Positions 11,001 to 21,192 of a stretch of 64,000 nucleotides of DNA are shown piece after piece. Source of the stretch: a virus (Duplodnaviria > Heunggongvirae > Uroviricota > Caudoviricetes). The notes below the pieces were generated by a model. The model ran no database searches, was not told the DNA's origin, and was given only the letters and a program-made list of their open reading frames with translations. The position numbers and the translations under genes are program-made. The number at the start of each line of letters is the position of its first letter. Positions within the stretch are counted from its first letter, which is position 1. The stretch is from IMG/VR virus record IMGVR_UViG_3300002348_000001, positions 19,979 to 83,978 of that record; one strand, written 5' to 3'.

Positions 11001-12170
11001 CATTTTCTTTTTAGAATTCTTTTGTATAAATTCTTTTCCATAATAAGGAACACCCATTCTTCCATAATCTTCTGGTTTAATAAATACAGTGTCTCCTTGA
11101 GGTGTTTCATATCCAACAAAAGCTCCAGGACCATTAGCATAAGGTGTTGAGGCATATACAGGAGTTCCTTGATTATAATTAGTTTGGGGAGTAGAAATTG
11201 TTGATTGAACAACTGGTAAAGACTCTTGTTTAGTTTCTTCCTTTTTAATGTCTTTTTTTGGTTCAGATTTTTTATAGATAATAGGTTGTAATGGTTTTTT
11301 ATAGATTAAGTTAGGGTCTTCTCTTTGAGGATATATCATATTTGTAGGATATATACCAGTATTCAATGATTTGTTTAAAAGATTAACTCTTTCTTTAAAG
11401 TTCTTAGGAGAACCATATGAATACCCAGACATCTCCTTAGTACTATTTATAGCTTCTATTATATCTTTTTTAGAGACTTTTGTCTTTCCCCAATTTTTAT
11501 CAGGTTTATAATCTTTTACATCATACTCATCACTATTATACTCAACAAAAGCTTTTTTACCTCTATTATATAGATTTAAACTATCAGTATAAGCTCTAAG
11601 TCTTGAATCATTAGGATTGTCTGTAAATATAGGAGTGCGACCTCCTTTTTGCATCATTGGATATTCTATTACAGAATCTCCTTCATATACATAATCTTGG
11701 TTTGGATACATCATTTGTGTATCTCCTGTATTGCTTACACCTAAAACAGGATAGTTTACACCTTGCATGGTTATTTCATTGGAAGGTATTTCTGTTATTT
11801 TTCCTGGATGAGCCCATTGTCCTCTTGGGTCTTTTATTATTTTAGAGCCTTTCTTGCTTATAGTTTTTGGTCTGAAATCAAGACCTTCTTGATAGAATTT
11901 CATTTCCTTACCATTCTGCGCACTAGCTTTTGTTTTCTTAGCATAAGGACCATTACTAGGAGCAGGACTATTTGTACGTGCATACATCATTCCTACAGAA
12001 CCAGGAAGATTGCCACCCATTTGAAACTGTCCCCCCCATGCAGGAGAATAATTACGTCCAATAGTGTTATACCCATCTCCTACAAAATTTGGAGATAGGT
12101 TAATAGAATAATCGTTATAGTTTAACTCTTTATCCTTTTTTACTTTCTTTTGTATAGGTTTCTTTGCCAT
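8004..12170 (-). CDS. Large Gly-rich virion protein (1388 aa); possible tape-measure or ejection/internal protein
   Basis: 1388-aa ORF with basic N- and C-termini and a long central Gly/Ala/Ser low-complexity region (GGLGSIFTGGSGNFGG...GAGFAKGLGAAGLG). Its stop abuts the start of the next gene. Confidence 0.8.
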   Translation of the reverse strand: MAKKPIQKKVKKDKELNYNDYSINLSPNFVGDGYNTIGRNYSPAWGGQFQMGGNLPGSVGMMYARTNSPAPSNGPYAKKTKASAQNGKEMKFYQEGLDFRPKTISKKGSKIIKDPRGQWAHPGKITEIPSNEITMQGVNYPVLGVSNTGDTQMMYPNQDYVYEGDSVIEYPMMQKGGRTPIFTDNPNDSRLRAYTDSLNLYNRGKKAFVEYNSDEYDVKDYKPDKNWGKTKVSKKDIIEAINSTKEMSGYSYGSPKNFKERVNLLNKSLNTGIYPTNMIYPQREDPNLIYKKPLQPIIYKKSEPKKDIKKEETKQESLPVVQSTISTPQTNYNQGTPVYASTPYANGPGAFVGYETPQGDTVFIKPEDYGRMGVPYYGKEFIQKNSKKKMEDGGSIQDRGQLKKLDQLTNFTNYNDMAKAKTGKKIKKAQMGMNALTGIGSSLLGAKGGTDNQQAGQIGNILGGLGSIFTGGSGNFGGMSGNQLGSQALDLFGGSGTAGKIMNVGPAGALGKGGAGFAKGLGAAGLGLVDSAGDIMKGFGEMKQQKQNIKKADQYAQVTGLTAQAAEMRPEKVRRKYVRPEDTILQPEQMAPSYGGGSNFLAAEFGAQIGGNQTEIQNMYNPGTLYDDLGYEPLNDTDVKQFRHGGHIPTAEFGDYFQSSGQASIGKGVGSAIGTAFFGPVGGMVGGLLGGVAGNALGGAQDAEKLRGFQKQAEDNTLRAAYQQTGQNIQNQYSSFMEDGGYVSNDWQPQVLAKFGEYDVKDLFAPDRTMNTLRSGGHITQNYTFPQDQFQMGGELQTHWGGYAEPISQNPYLPGTGETVMFRGQSHEETNGKGQSGIGVTYGDNPVEVERGEPAIKMEDGGEQSMVVYGNMQIPKYGVEALQDPKAKGKKFKNYINDISKTEAKQNKIIDKSTERVNNLDVYTPFDGLEMNALQANLIGADMKLKNIAQKKQTAAQVQNAILDTAEELGLESDALAKGQIKKAKFGAKLQTAQDGTEEFLIRAKQPGYIDYNAMPVSGNELWNKDSYSSKWIPKVKEAFNNPTKARDLISRLENYGGQDAEDVKNALKKGKTFEEKKNIAMRLATDKKVGPYHKIMNDLIDIKRTPAETIIDRQRPTLGGFEPKGGPIDFRKAVPEEKQKGKFNWRGLAESAISNLNPLFRPTDQEPLDPSQLMAEQYALATNQLEPVQAQSYKPLLEQPFDISLQDQLNANQADFNAIQRTVRNNPAALSALAAQKYGANSGVLGNQFRMNQAERAGVYNRNRGTLNDAQLKNLTLYDQQYTRQAQAKTNTKQQAQAALSSISDKMAKNRLENKTLGIYENLYNYRFGPKGQAINYNDPAQFNLEGNPFARPTTVDTKKSSKEDTGKYGAKIKSRNGSIVKAIKNL

Positions 12171-13036
12171 TATTTATAACTAATTTGAGCAGGTGCCACA
12201 ATAAATTGAGAGATTAAATGAGCATCAGCTCTATCATCTAATATATGTCTTATTTTTAATTCTTTAGCTCTTAATGGTTCCTTTTTAAAGCTTCTCTTAG
12301 AATAGTCCATATTAGGTTGGTTAATTATTTTATCCACTGATAAAGACTCACATCCTGTTGAGAACAAAGGTATAGATTTATTCTTCACTAAAGACCAAAA
12401 TGTATTGTATTGGTAGAAGTTATCAGACTTAGTAAAAGTTATAGTTTTACTTTCTGCATTATATAAAGGATATTTTAAATACTCTTTTAAGTTGTTTTTT
12501 GGTTTAGGCACTAGTTCTAAAAGTCCTGTGCTCTGTTGACCATTGTATAAAACAGCTTTATTAAAATAAATATTGTTTATTTCTATTTTAGCATTGTTAT
12601 TAAACACCCCATCTGGAATAGGAAGATATTGATACACTTTTGTATAATCCTTAACATTCTGTAATATCTCATCTTGAAATTGATAAGAAAATGGATATTC
12701 AATTACATACGGTTGTATATCTCCGTAGTAAATATTATAAATTAATGTATTAGTTAAATGTCTCCATAAAGAAGCTGTGTTTGTATTTGTAAATTTTATA
12801 TTAGCCACCTCATCCAAATAAAGCTGTTTAACAGGAATATTAATTCTTGCTTTACATTTTCCTGTGGATTGTATTACAATAACAGTAACAGCATCATCAA
12901 CACTTGCTGGAAACCCTGCAATAAGATTGTCCTTAGAAACATCAGTTCCCAATACATTCCCATAGTTATCTGAGATTGTAAAAGGACCTGTTCTAGTACC
13001 AGCCTTTGTTAATTTTATGAGTATTGTTTTAGACAT
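12170..13036 (-). CDS. Tail-associated hypothetical protein (288 aa)
   Basis: ORF translationally coupled between the 2229-aa and 1388-aa genes. Confidence 0.7.
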   Translation of the reverse strand: MSKTILIKLTKAGTRTGPFTISDNYGNVLGTDVSKDNLIAGFPASVDDAVTVIVIQSTGKCKARINIPVKQLYLDEVANIKFTNTNTASLWRHLTNTLIYNIYYGDIQPYVIEYPFSYQFQDEILQNVKDYTKVYQYLPIPDGVFNNNAKIEINNIYFNKAVLYNGQQSTGLLELVPKPKNNLKEYLKYPLYNAESKTITFTKSDNFYQYNTFWSLVKNKSIPLFSTGCESLSVDKIINQPNMDYSKRSFKKEPLRAKELKIRHILDDRADAHLISQFIVAPAQISYK

Positions 13037-13062
13037 TTATATATATTAAACTTTTATTTAAA

Positions 13063-16000
13063 TTAAGGGGCAACATTTAAATGTAAGACTGCCACTCTTT
13101 GTCTAGTTTGTCCGTTAAACTGTGTAAAAGAACCTACAACGTACACTAAATTCTGTGCTTCATTTATTTTTATACTCCTAACAAAAGTTGAAGAATCTGT
13201 GTAAAATCCAGTGGAAATAGGCCAAGAGTTATCATATGTTCCGTTTGAATTTATTTTTACAATTCCTCCAGAAGTGTTGCCATTGTAACTTGTAAACTTA
13301 CCTCCTATAACTATTTTACCATTAGACTCCCCACTTAATGCATATCCTAAATTAGAAGTGGATAGATAAGAACCAAATCCAGATCCAGCATTAGTTTTAA
13401 ATGTATTATTAATTGTGTTATCTGTATTAATTTTAACAGGAACAATCCAATAATTTGGGGAGCCAGTATTATTTTCTCCTACCGTTATCACTGAATTATC
13501 AATAGTTTGATGTGTAACTGTTGGGTAAGCACTTGTACTAGGGTCTAAATTATAATTCACTATAAAACTTCCTGTGGAACTTATCTTAAATATTTTTGAT
13601 ATTACTGTTCCATTATAGTTATTAATATTGGCCCCAGTAATTATAATATCTCCATTATTTAAAACTTCTACTGAACCAGCCTCGTTATTAATCCCAGTGC
13701 CTGTTACTAAAGTGGTATCTATACCTCCATTTGTATCCACTCTAACAATACGATTGGCAGAAGAACCATTATAATTAGTAAATGCTCCTACTATTACTAT
13801 TTTACCGTCAGTTTGAATATCAATATCTCTCACTTGTCCTGTAAATCCTGTACCATATACAAAAGAAGAATCTATTGTACCGTCAGAATTTAATCTAATT
13901 ATACTATTGGCAACAGTACCATTATAACTTGTAAAAGCTCCTCCAACTAAAATTTTATTATCTGATTGTATTTTAACTTTATACACTCTTCCATTAAATC
14001 CACTTGTTAATCCAGTGAATGTTGGGTCAGGAACCCCTGAAGAATTAAATCTAATTATTCTATTATATGTAACACCATTGTAAGCAGTGAAATCTCCACC
14101 AACAACATAATTATTATTAGAATCATAATCCACTGTCCATGCGTCATTATTTAATCCTGTACCACTGTTAAAACTAGTGAGTATTTCAGCTGGTAATGTA
14201 GTGGTAGTAGTTGTAGTGCAACTTCCTTCACCATCTATTACAGTGTCTGGGCCAACATGCCAGCAAGTAGTTCCGTCATATATCCATTTATTATTAAATA
14301 GCAATACAGGAAATTCTAATGCTGGATCATAATAAACTGTACATCCTATTCCAAAACTACTTCCACAACTACTATAAACAGTTAATGATGAACCATAACA
14401 TCCAGGATCTGGAATACAACCTTCATTATATCCAGCTATTGCTTCACAACAAGTGTCCTGTCCACCATAACCAACACAAATACAGTTACTAAGATCTGTT
14501 ACAACCACTGAAGTAGTTGCTGCAACTGTATAAACACCGCTTAATACAGTGGTTACAGGAGCTGCTGTAGCTGTTATTATTGAAAAATCAGTAATTGTTC
14601 CACCGCTAACATTTGTAGATATACCATCAACTGTTATTGTAATAGTTGAACTATCAACAGGAACATTAAAACCCCTAAAATTTGAAGTATTCCACGCAGT
14701 GAATGTAGTATTCTCTTTCACTGCTAAACTACCACTTGATGGTGTATCAACATCTAAAGTTTGAAGGTTACCACTAACATCTGTGTAATCTATGTATAAA
14801 CGACCATCAACAAAATATTCCCCTGCTAAATCTGCTTCAGATAAAGACCAATTTATTGTAGAAGGAGGAGGACATGTAAAGAAATTATACAACATTCCTT
14901 CTGGTCCAATTAAATAATAATTTGTACCATCGCTATAATATAATGTACCACCGTTAAAAGGAATTGTACATGCTGGATCAGTATAAAAAATAGTGAGATC
15001 TACTGTTAAACTAGATGTAGTGGTATAATATGTTGTTGTTGGGCCTTCAGGATATAAAGAACAAGCTTCAAACTCTGTTCCACCTGAAGGTCCTAATACT
15101 ACAGGATAGTTACTACAATTAATTTCTATAGATTTTACCGTTATGTTAGAAGGATTGTTATGGTCTCTAACAGCAATATACCAAGTTCCATTATCCACCT
15201 CATCGTTTTGTAAATGAGTGACATTAAGACTAAACACTCCATTTATTGCTCCACTTTCACTAGAATAAGGGAAAGAGTTTATATCATATTCTCCACTACC
15301 GCCAGTAATATATCCTTCTGGATAAACTCCTGTAGGGCCCACTGAGATTCTTCCACAACCATTTCCTACACATATACAAGTGTAAACAAAAGAAAAATCA
15401 ATTGGTATTGGAACTGTTGTAGTAGTAGTGGTTGTAGGAGGAAGTTCTTCAAAAGCAAGAGCTTCAAGATCGCATCCTCCATTTATTCCTGAATAAAAGA
15501 AATTATTTTCTGCTATGTAAAAGTTTGGAATATAACTGTGAAAGCTTACCCAACTTTTGGTGTTCATGTTAAAAGAAAGTGTCCAAGATTTATTACAGAA
15601 ATAATTTGTATCAGACAGACTCACTACATCTTTAAATGTAACACCATTTACAACTCTTTCTACATAAAAATCTTTTGTTGCTTCGTCATATTTAATATTT
15701 GAACTTTGAGGAATATAATCAAATTTTGATATAATCACTCTATCAAACTTACTATCATACACTCCATGTAACCCAATTCCATTAAAGTGATTGTCTGTGT
15801 CTACTGTTGGATAGTATCTGAGTATTTCAAAAGCTAAATGATCCGTAAAAAACTTATTCATTCCAAGCCCAAAAGCAGAAAGATCTGATGCCTGGTTACC
15901 AGTAATTAAAAATATTTGTCCTCTTTTAGCATCAACAGTAATTTGTCCTTGAGGAATTTTTAATAAAAATTTATTTTGACTTCCTACATATCCAAGATCT

Positions 16001-19000
16001 GTTTCAGCAAAATCAATTGGAGGAGCTGATTTAAATAATGTATCATTACCTAAATAAGCTGCTTGTGGATTGCTTGTTTGTACAGTAAGCATTGTATTGT
16101 AAAGCAAAGACTTGTTTTCAAATCTTGCTAATACAGCTTTATTTTGAATACCATCTAATGATGTTAGTTTACCAAAATTTTGTGGAAAATCAAAATAAGA
16201 AGTTGCACTATAGTTCAACCAGTTATTCACTCCTGAGTTTGTAAAACTCTCCTGTTGATCAGAATATATTGCCCTGAAAGGAAAAGTTGTAAAACACACT
16301 TTAGGTTCCCAGTTATTAGGAAGATGCGAAAAAAGATTTTCCTTGTTTTGTTTTGAATATGTTACGTTGTAATAATATGTATTATCTTGAGCAATAGGTA
16401 CAACTGACTCTTGTAGCCAGTTATCAGGAATACCTGTACTTACATGTGGATAAAAATCTCCTTCTTGGTTGTTAAATGCTTGTCTAAGGTCTACGTTAAT
16501 AGAAGATTCCACATAAAAGTATGGAATACCATAAGCATATAAATACATTTTTCCATCATAATAAGTTCTATTAGGATTTACAACAACAGGAGGCCCAGGT
16601 GTTGGTGCAGGAAGTTGACTATTAGGGCAATCAAAATTGTGAGCTTTAATAGATATAATATTCTTCATTACAGTGCCTCCTGTTGGAGTGTAGTCACTAA
16701 GAATAGATCTAGAAGAAAACCAATATTTAGGGTAGGCTATATTTCCCACCTCATCATAAAATATATCTGAATCATCTGGAGCATTCACTCTATCATCTAT
16801 AAATAAAGGAAGTTTAGTTTTAAAAGCAAACTTTCCTATAAAAGTGTCCCCACCAAAAACTGTATCTATTGAAGGCTGCCCATTAAGAATATTATCTATT
16901 TCTATATTTCTTTGGAAACCTGTATCAATTGTGTCATATGAATATATTTGTCCCCATTGGTTAACAAATATATTTTTCATTGATCCGTAATAAGAGATAA
17001 CATCAATATGCCTTTCCTCGCTAGGAGTGGAACATTTATCATCATCAGAAGCTACAAATCTAGAATTATCTGTAAAAAGACTCACCCCTACAGGAGCAAT
17101 AGAAGGACTTTTATCTGGAAATGGAAGAGGTGTTACAACATTACCATTTCTAGTTTCTATAGTTTTTAAAAATACAGAAGACTCTCTATTATAATTATTT
17201 ATATTTATACCATTAGTTTCTCCTATAGCCTGTACTCCCTCAAAAATATACTGAGCAACCGCCAGAGGTCTTTGTTTCACTCCTACATTATTGATTATAT
17301 CAGCACTATAATCATAGCTAGCAATAGAGTTAAAAGAATATGCGTAATTTCTTCTTGTAATACCGTTAATATAAATTTGTAGATAAGCCTGATAAGCAGT
17401 GAATAAAACTAAAGGATCTAATGTTCCTGTTATAGAAGCTATTTCTGTACTAGAGTTTAATGCATCCTTTTGAGCCTCTTTTGTTAATAATTTATATAAA
17501 GCATGTTCTCTAACTTGTACAAAATGAGCCTTTCCGCCACCAAGAATAATATTTTCTAATTTAAGGACATTCCCTAAATAAGGTTGTCCAAATAAAGTTT
17601 CTGGAGAATTAAACACATGTCTGTATTTAGAATCATCAGAAGAAAATCCCTCTAATTCAGGTGTAATGTAATAATCTGATAATGGTATAGTGGTAGACTC
17701 TGTAAATGTTACAGTGCCTGTTAAAGCTATTGGGGTGGATAGAGATGTAATTGTAATAAGAGTACCAGCAGTCATGTTAGCTGTAATAGGTGTATTTGTG
17801 TAACAATCTGTATATTGATATGTACCACTTACACTAGGTGTGCCTGTATACACCTTACACTCATCTTTGTAGGCATTACTTTTTGAAAGTATAAAAGGAT
17901 CTTTTCTAAGATCGTTATATGGGTAGTTTGGATAATAATAGTCTGTCCCCTCTCTATTGTATTTCCCTACATTCCTTAATATCCCTTTAGATATAATGGA
18001 TTTGTTTGTACTTCTATCTCCTCTAACAATTTTAAAAGCAACAATACTTTCTTTTTGTTCTTTTGTTAAATTAGATGTATATATTAATTGAGAAACTTGT
18101 TGAATATCTATCCTCACTCCTATTGGGAATATAGCATCATTTTGCATCACTGGTGAAAAACCTGGTCCTAATGAATAAACAGGACTTTCAAATATAGGAC
18201 TAACTAATACATCAGGAAACTTATGGTGCCTAATTGGTTGATCTGCTAATTCACCCCATACATCTATATTACAAGGATATTTTTCTGTAGATTCCCAATA
18301 AGCAAACTCTCCATATTGATATGGACCTTTATATGTAATTTTATTTAAAGCTGCTAAGTATTCAGGATTAAAACCTGTAACAGATGCTGTATTATAAATT
18401 TTCCAATAAGCACTATATCCTACACCACCAGATTCAAATTCAGGGTCTCCAACAAAATCAGGGTTTGTTGTAGGCACTAATGGTTCAGAAGTTTCATTAA
18501 ATGTAATAGCTCTTCCAGGAATATGAAACCCATCTGTTTGTTTTCCATTTTTTAATAAAAAAACAATTTCAAATGCATACACTTCATCCCTTAAATATCC
18601 TCTATAATTAGTGGCATTTAACTCATCAGCGTATGTTTCAGTGTTAGGAATTCTATAAGATTGCCATTTAAGATCTATTTGATTAGCAATTTGTTGATAG
18701 TTAATTCTATCAATAGATGTAAGACCGTCCCACACTAGTACATCCTGCACTGTTGTAAGATCTTCTGCTATTTCATAATAAGGAAATTTTTCAAAAATGT
18801 CATTAATTGTAAGTCTAATTTGTGTTACATTTTGACCAGTGTAGGTAATCTCTCTACTAACATTATTTATAAAATATGTTCCAACTAATTCTACGGAAGA
18901 AATAGCATTAACGGTTTTTATCACTGCTAAATTAAAATATTTAAACAGTCCTGATATATCTAAATTAGAGACATTAATTACAATAGATCTTCCCACCGTA

Positions 19001-19752
19001 TAGTTAAAATTTAATGTAGTTTTAGCTGCATCAAAAATAGGTGTTGGATTAGTAACAGAATAATATGATGTATATGAATTCCCATTAGCATCACAATATT
19101 GTATTGCAAATTGATATGTTCCAGCTTGCAACTCTCCACCTGTATTAATATCCACCACTTCTAGTTGTGGAATTTCAAAGTTGGGTTGAACATTTAATTT
19201 ATTACAATCTAGTTCTTTTGTTTCTGTTATTCCACATAAATTAATATTTCCACCTAAAGCTATTGGGTAGGATAAAATATATGGTATGTTTTCAATATCT
19301 AAATATCTTCTTGGATTTAAACCATCCGTCCAATAAATTTCAGTGGTACAATTAGTTATTTTATGTACCACTTTATGAATAGGGTTGTCTATATTAAAAT
19401 TTAGACAAGTGGCAGATACTAATGTATGGTAGGTACAATCATTATTATTCATATACCCAATCTCAGAAGCTCCTGAAGATGGATTTGTAAGAAAGAATAT
19501 ATGTTTATTTTTTTCTGGAATAAAATGTGTCCCAATAAGATGATAGTCTTGGGGAAAGTTTAAGCATAGTTCATTTCCTGGTTCATTTTGATAGTTAACA
19601 CTGTCACTATCAAAATTCTCTATAGTAGCATTAAGAGCATAAGAAAGCTTACCCTTTGCTATTTGATTAGCAGAGCTATCCATATCAAGACCAATTCTTG
19701 CTAAGTTATACTCTTCTCTTATATTACCAGCGGATTGATTATTTTCAGCCAT
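13063..19752 (-). CDS. Giant tail fibre/adhesin-like protein (2229 aa) with C-terminal delta-60-type beta-propeller repeats, Cys-rich modules and poly-Thr linkers
   Basis: 2229-aa ORF. C-terminal about 50-aa tandem repeats (VGGDFTAYNGVTYNRIIRFNSSGVPDPTF / VGGAFTSYNGTVANSIIRLNSDGTIDSSF / VGAFTNYNGSSANRIVRVDTNGGIDTTL). Poly-Thr linkers (PPTTTTTTTVPIP; SCTTTTTTTLPAE). Repeated CICVG(N/Y)G Cys-rich motifs. Confidence 0.85.
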   Translation of the reverse strand: MAENNQSAGNIREEYNLARIGLDMDSSANQIAKGKLSYALNATIENFDSDSVNYQNEPGNELCLNFPQDYHLIGTHFIPEKNKHIFFLTNPSSGASEIGYMNNNDCTYHTLVSATCLNFNIDNPIHKVVHKITNCTTEIYWTDGLNPRRYLDIENIPYILSYPIALGGNINLCGITETKELDCNKLNVQPNFEIPQLEVVDINTGGELQAGTYQFAIQYCDANGNSYTSYYSVTNPTPIFDAAKTTLNFNYTVGRSIVINVSNLDISGLFKYFNLAVIKTVNAISSVELVGTYFINNVSREITYTGQNVTQIRLTINDIFEKFPYYEIAEDLTTVQDVLVWDGLTSIDRINYQQIANQIDLKWQSYRIPNTETYADELNATNYRGYLRDEVYAFEIVFLLKNGKQTDGFHIPGRAITFNETSEPLVPTTNPDFVGDPEFESGGVGYSAYWKIYNTASVTGFNPEYLAALNKITYKGPYQYGEFAYWESTEKYPCNIDVWGELADQPIRHHKFPDVLVSPIFESPVYSLGPGFSPVMQNDAIFPIGVRIDIQQVSQLIYTSNLTKEQKESIVAFKIVRGDRSTNKSIISKGILRNVGKYNREGTDYYYPNYPYNDLRKDPFILSKSNAYKDECKVYTGTPSVSGTYQYTDCYTNTPITANMTAGTLITITSLSTPIALTGTVTFTESTTIPLSDYYITPELEGFSSDDSKYRHVFNSPETLFGQPYLGNVLKLENIILGGGKAHFVQVREHALYKLLTKEAQKDALNSSTEIASITGTLDPLVLFTAYQAYLQIYINGITRRNYAYSFNSIASYDYSADIINNVGVKQRPLAVAQYIFEGVQAIGETNGININNYNRESSVFLKTIETRNGNVVTPLPFPDKSPSIAPVGVSLFTDNSRFVASDDDKCSTPSEERHIDVISYYGSMKNIFVNQWGQIYSYDTIDTGFQRNIEIDNILNGQPSIDTVFGGDTFIGKFAFKTKLPLFIDDRVNAPDDSDIFYDEVGNIAYPKYWFSSRSILSDYTPTGGTVMKNIISIKAHNFDCPNSQLPAPTPGPPVVVNPNRTYYDGKMYLYAYGIPYFYVESSINVDLRQAFNNQEGDFYPHVSTGIPDNWLQESVVPIAQDNTYYYNVTYSKQNKENLFSHLPNNWEPKVCFTTFPFRAIYSDQQESFTNSGVNNWLNYSATSYFDFPQNFGKLTSLDGIQNKAVLARFENKSLLYNTMLTVQTSNPQAAYLGNDTLFKSAPPIDFAETDLGYVGSQNKFLLKIPQGQITVDAKRGQIFLITGNQASDLSAFGLGMNKFFTDHLAFEILRYYPTVDTDNHFNGIGLHGVYDSKFDRVIISKFDYIPQSSNIKYDEATKDFYVERVVNGVTFKDVVSLSDTNYFCNKSWTLSFNMNTKSWVSFHSYIPNFYIAENNFFYSGINGGCDLEALAFEELPPTTTTTTTVPIPIDFSFVYTCICVGNGCGRISVGPTGVYPEGYITGGSGEYDINSFPYSSESGAINGVFSLNVTHLQNDEVDNGTWYIAVRDHNNPSNITVKSIEINCSNYPVVLGPSGGTEFEACSLYPEGPTTTYYTTTSSLTVDLTIFYTDPACTIPFNGGTLYYSDGTNYYLIGPEGMLYNFFTCPPPSTINWSLSEADLAGEYFVDGRLYIDYTDVSGNLQTLDVDTPSSGSLAVKENTTFTAWNTSNFRGFNVPVDSSTITITVDGISTNVSGGTITDFSIITATAAPVTTVLSGVYTVAATTSVVVTDLSNCICVGYGGQDTCCEAIAGYNEGCIPDPGCYGSSLTVYSSCGSSFGIGCTVYYDPALEFPVLLFNNKWIYDGTTCWHVGPDTVIDGEGSCTTTTTTTLPAEILTSFNSGTGLNNDAWTVDYDSNNNYVVGGDFTAYNGVTYNRIIRFNSSGVPDPTFTGLTSGFNGRVYKVKIQSDNKILVGGAFTSYNGTVANSIIRLNSDGTIDSSFVYGTGFTGQVRDIDIQTDGKIVIVGAFTNYNGSSANRIVRVDTNGGIDTTLVTGTGINNEAGSVEVLNNGDIIITGANINNYNGTVISKIFKISSTGSFIVNYNLDPSTSAYPTVTHQTIDNSVITVGENNTGSPNYWIVPVKINTDNTINNTFKTNAGSGFGSYLSTSNLGYALSGESNGKIVIGGKFTSYNGNTSGGIVKINSNGTYDNSWPISTGFYTDSSTFVRSIKINEAQNLVYVVGSFTQFNGQTRQRVAVLHLNVAP

Positions 19753-19777
19753 TTATTAAACTTTTCTGTTTAGATTT

Positions 19778-20707
19778 TTACCCATTTCTTCTCCAACCAT
19801 ATCTAGTCACCCTATTAGGTAACTCATACATATTGAATCTATTTAAATCTTGTTTTATTCTTCTCTGTTTAGCATAAACATCTTGCTTTTTTATTTCAAT
19901 ATCTGCCATTATAAATGCTTCATCAGACAGTTGTTTGTAATAAACAAGTTTAGATTGAATCTGTTGGAATGTTTCATCGGTTAACTGATTAGATAACATT
20001 TCAAACACTTTGTATTTAATAAAAGCCTCAACGTATTCTAATATACGATAGTTATCTGGAATCATTTGATTTCCATTATTATCATATTCTGTTGCATAAA
20101 ACAATAAATAAACTACACCATTTCTAAAATTGGTAACAAATTTGTTATCCCTAATATCAAACGAATCTGCAGAAGAAGCCCCAATATTTCTACAATCCAG
20201 AGAACAATGTTCTTTAACAGAGATATTTCCTGGTTTTAATAAATATTGTTTGTGGTAGGAAACAGCCACCTGATTATTTGTTTTGTATACAGCTTGAATT
20301 AATTCAGGCATGCACTCTCCTGTACAATCTTGATTATTACAATCAACATTTGTACAACCAGCTCCTCCGTGTGTAACAGGACTCACTTGAATAGTGGTTT
20401 GAGAAGCAGCTTGAGAATAGAATGAATTAGCTGATTGATAAGGGTAGCCAGGAATTTCTGTACATAACCAAGCTTCTCTAACAGCATAAAAATTATCAGG
20501 TAGTCTTGTCTCAAAATCATGTATATGTAATAGTTGAGGAGTTATTACATAAGTTGTTCTTCCTAATTTTCTTAGACATTTATCTAAATATGTAGGAAAT
20601 AAAAGATCATCTACAGCCCCAGTATCAAAATAACTTTTTAATTCCTCTTTTACAGTGGAATAAACAGATTCTGGAGATATAAAATTATATTTATAATAAT
20701 AAGACAT
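19778..20707 (-). CDS. Cys-rich structural protein (309 aa)
   Basis: ORF in the tail module with a Cys cluster (GGAGCTNVDCNNQDCTGECMPE). Confidence 0.7.
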   Translation of the reverse strand: MSYYYKYNFISPESVYSTVKEELKSYFDTGAVDDLLFPTYLDKCLRKLGRTTYVITPQLLHIHDFETRLPDNFYAVREAWLCTEIPGYPYQSANSFYSQAASQTTIQVSPVTHGGAGCTNVDCNNQDCTGECMPELIQAVYKTNNQVAVSYHKQYLLKPGNISVKEHCSLDCRNIGASSADSFDIRDNKFVTNFRNGVVYLLFYATEYDNNGNQMIPDNYRILEYVEAFIKYKVFEMLSNQLTDETFQQIQSKLVYYKQLSDEAFIMADIEIKKQDVYAKQRRIKQDLNRFNMYELPNRVTRYGWRRNG

Positions 20708-20712
20708 TTATT

Positions 20713-21192
20713 TTAAATTTTCCATGATTTGTAAATATGTTGATATTTTTCGTCAGTTTTTAAGTAATGAGACAACAATCTTGAGGTGACTCTTGTGGGT
20801 TTGAAATACCAGAGATATGAATGTTTTAGTCTTGTCGATTCTTTAAACCACACCCATCCAAAAAAATAACCTTCTGTGTGATAATTAAAATTATAAATTT
20901 TCTTCCCTTTTTCTTTTGTCTTTTGCCAATCAATAGGAAGATTTATATATTCTTTACCATTATAAATACTAACCTTTTTTCTTTTCTTTTTGTTAATTGA
21001 GAATTCACCAAATCCTGAAGGAAGTCTCCCTTTATCCCCTGTTTCTAAAATATATATTTTAAAAGACTCGTTAAAAGAATAAATAATATTCCTCCATTTA
21101 TCAAAAGATATTTTTATGTCAGAGTTTTTTTTACAAAAATCAACATAATTTTCTTTACTAGCACTTCTCCATTCTACTTTTACTCTTGGCAT
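20713..21192 (-). CDS. Hypothetical protein (159 aa), basic
   Basis: ORF coupled to neighbours in the minus-strand operon. Confidence 0.6.
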   Translation of the reverse strand: MPRVKVEWRSASKENYVDFCKKNSDIKISFDKWRNIIYSFNESFKIYILETGDKGRLPSGFGEFSINKKKRKKVSIYNGKEYINLPIDWQKTKEKGKKIYNFNYHTEGYFFGWVWFKESTRLKHSYLWYFKPTRVTSRLLSHYLKTDEKYQHIYKSWKI

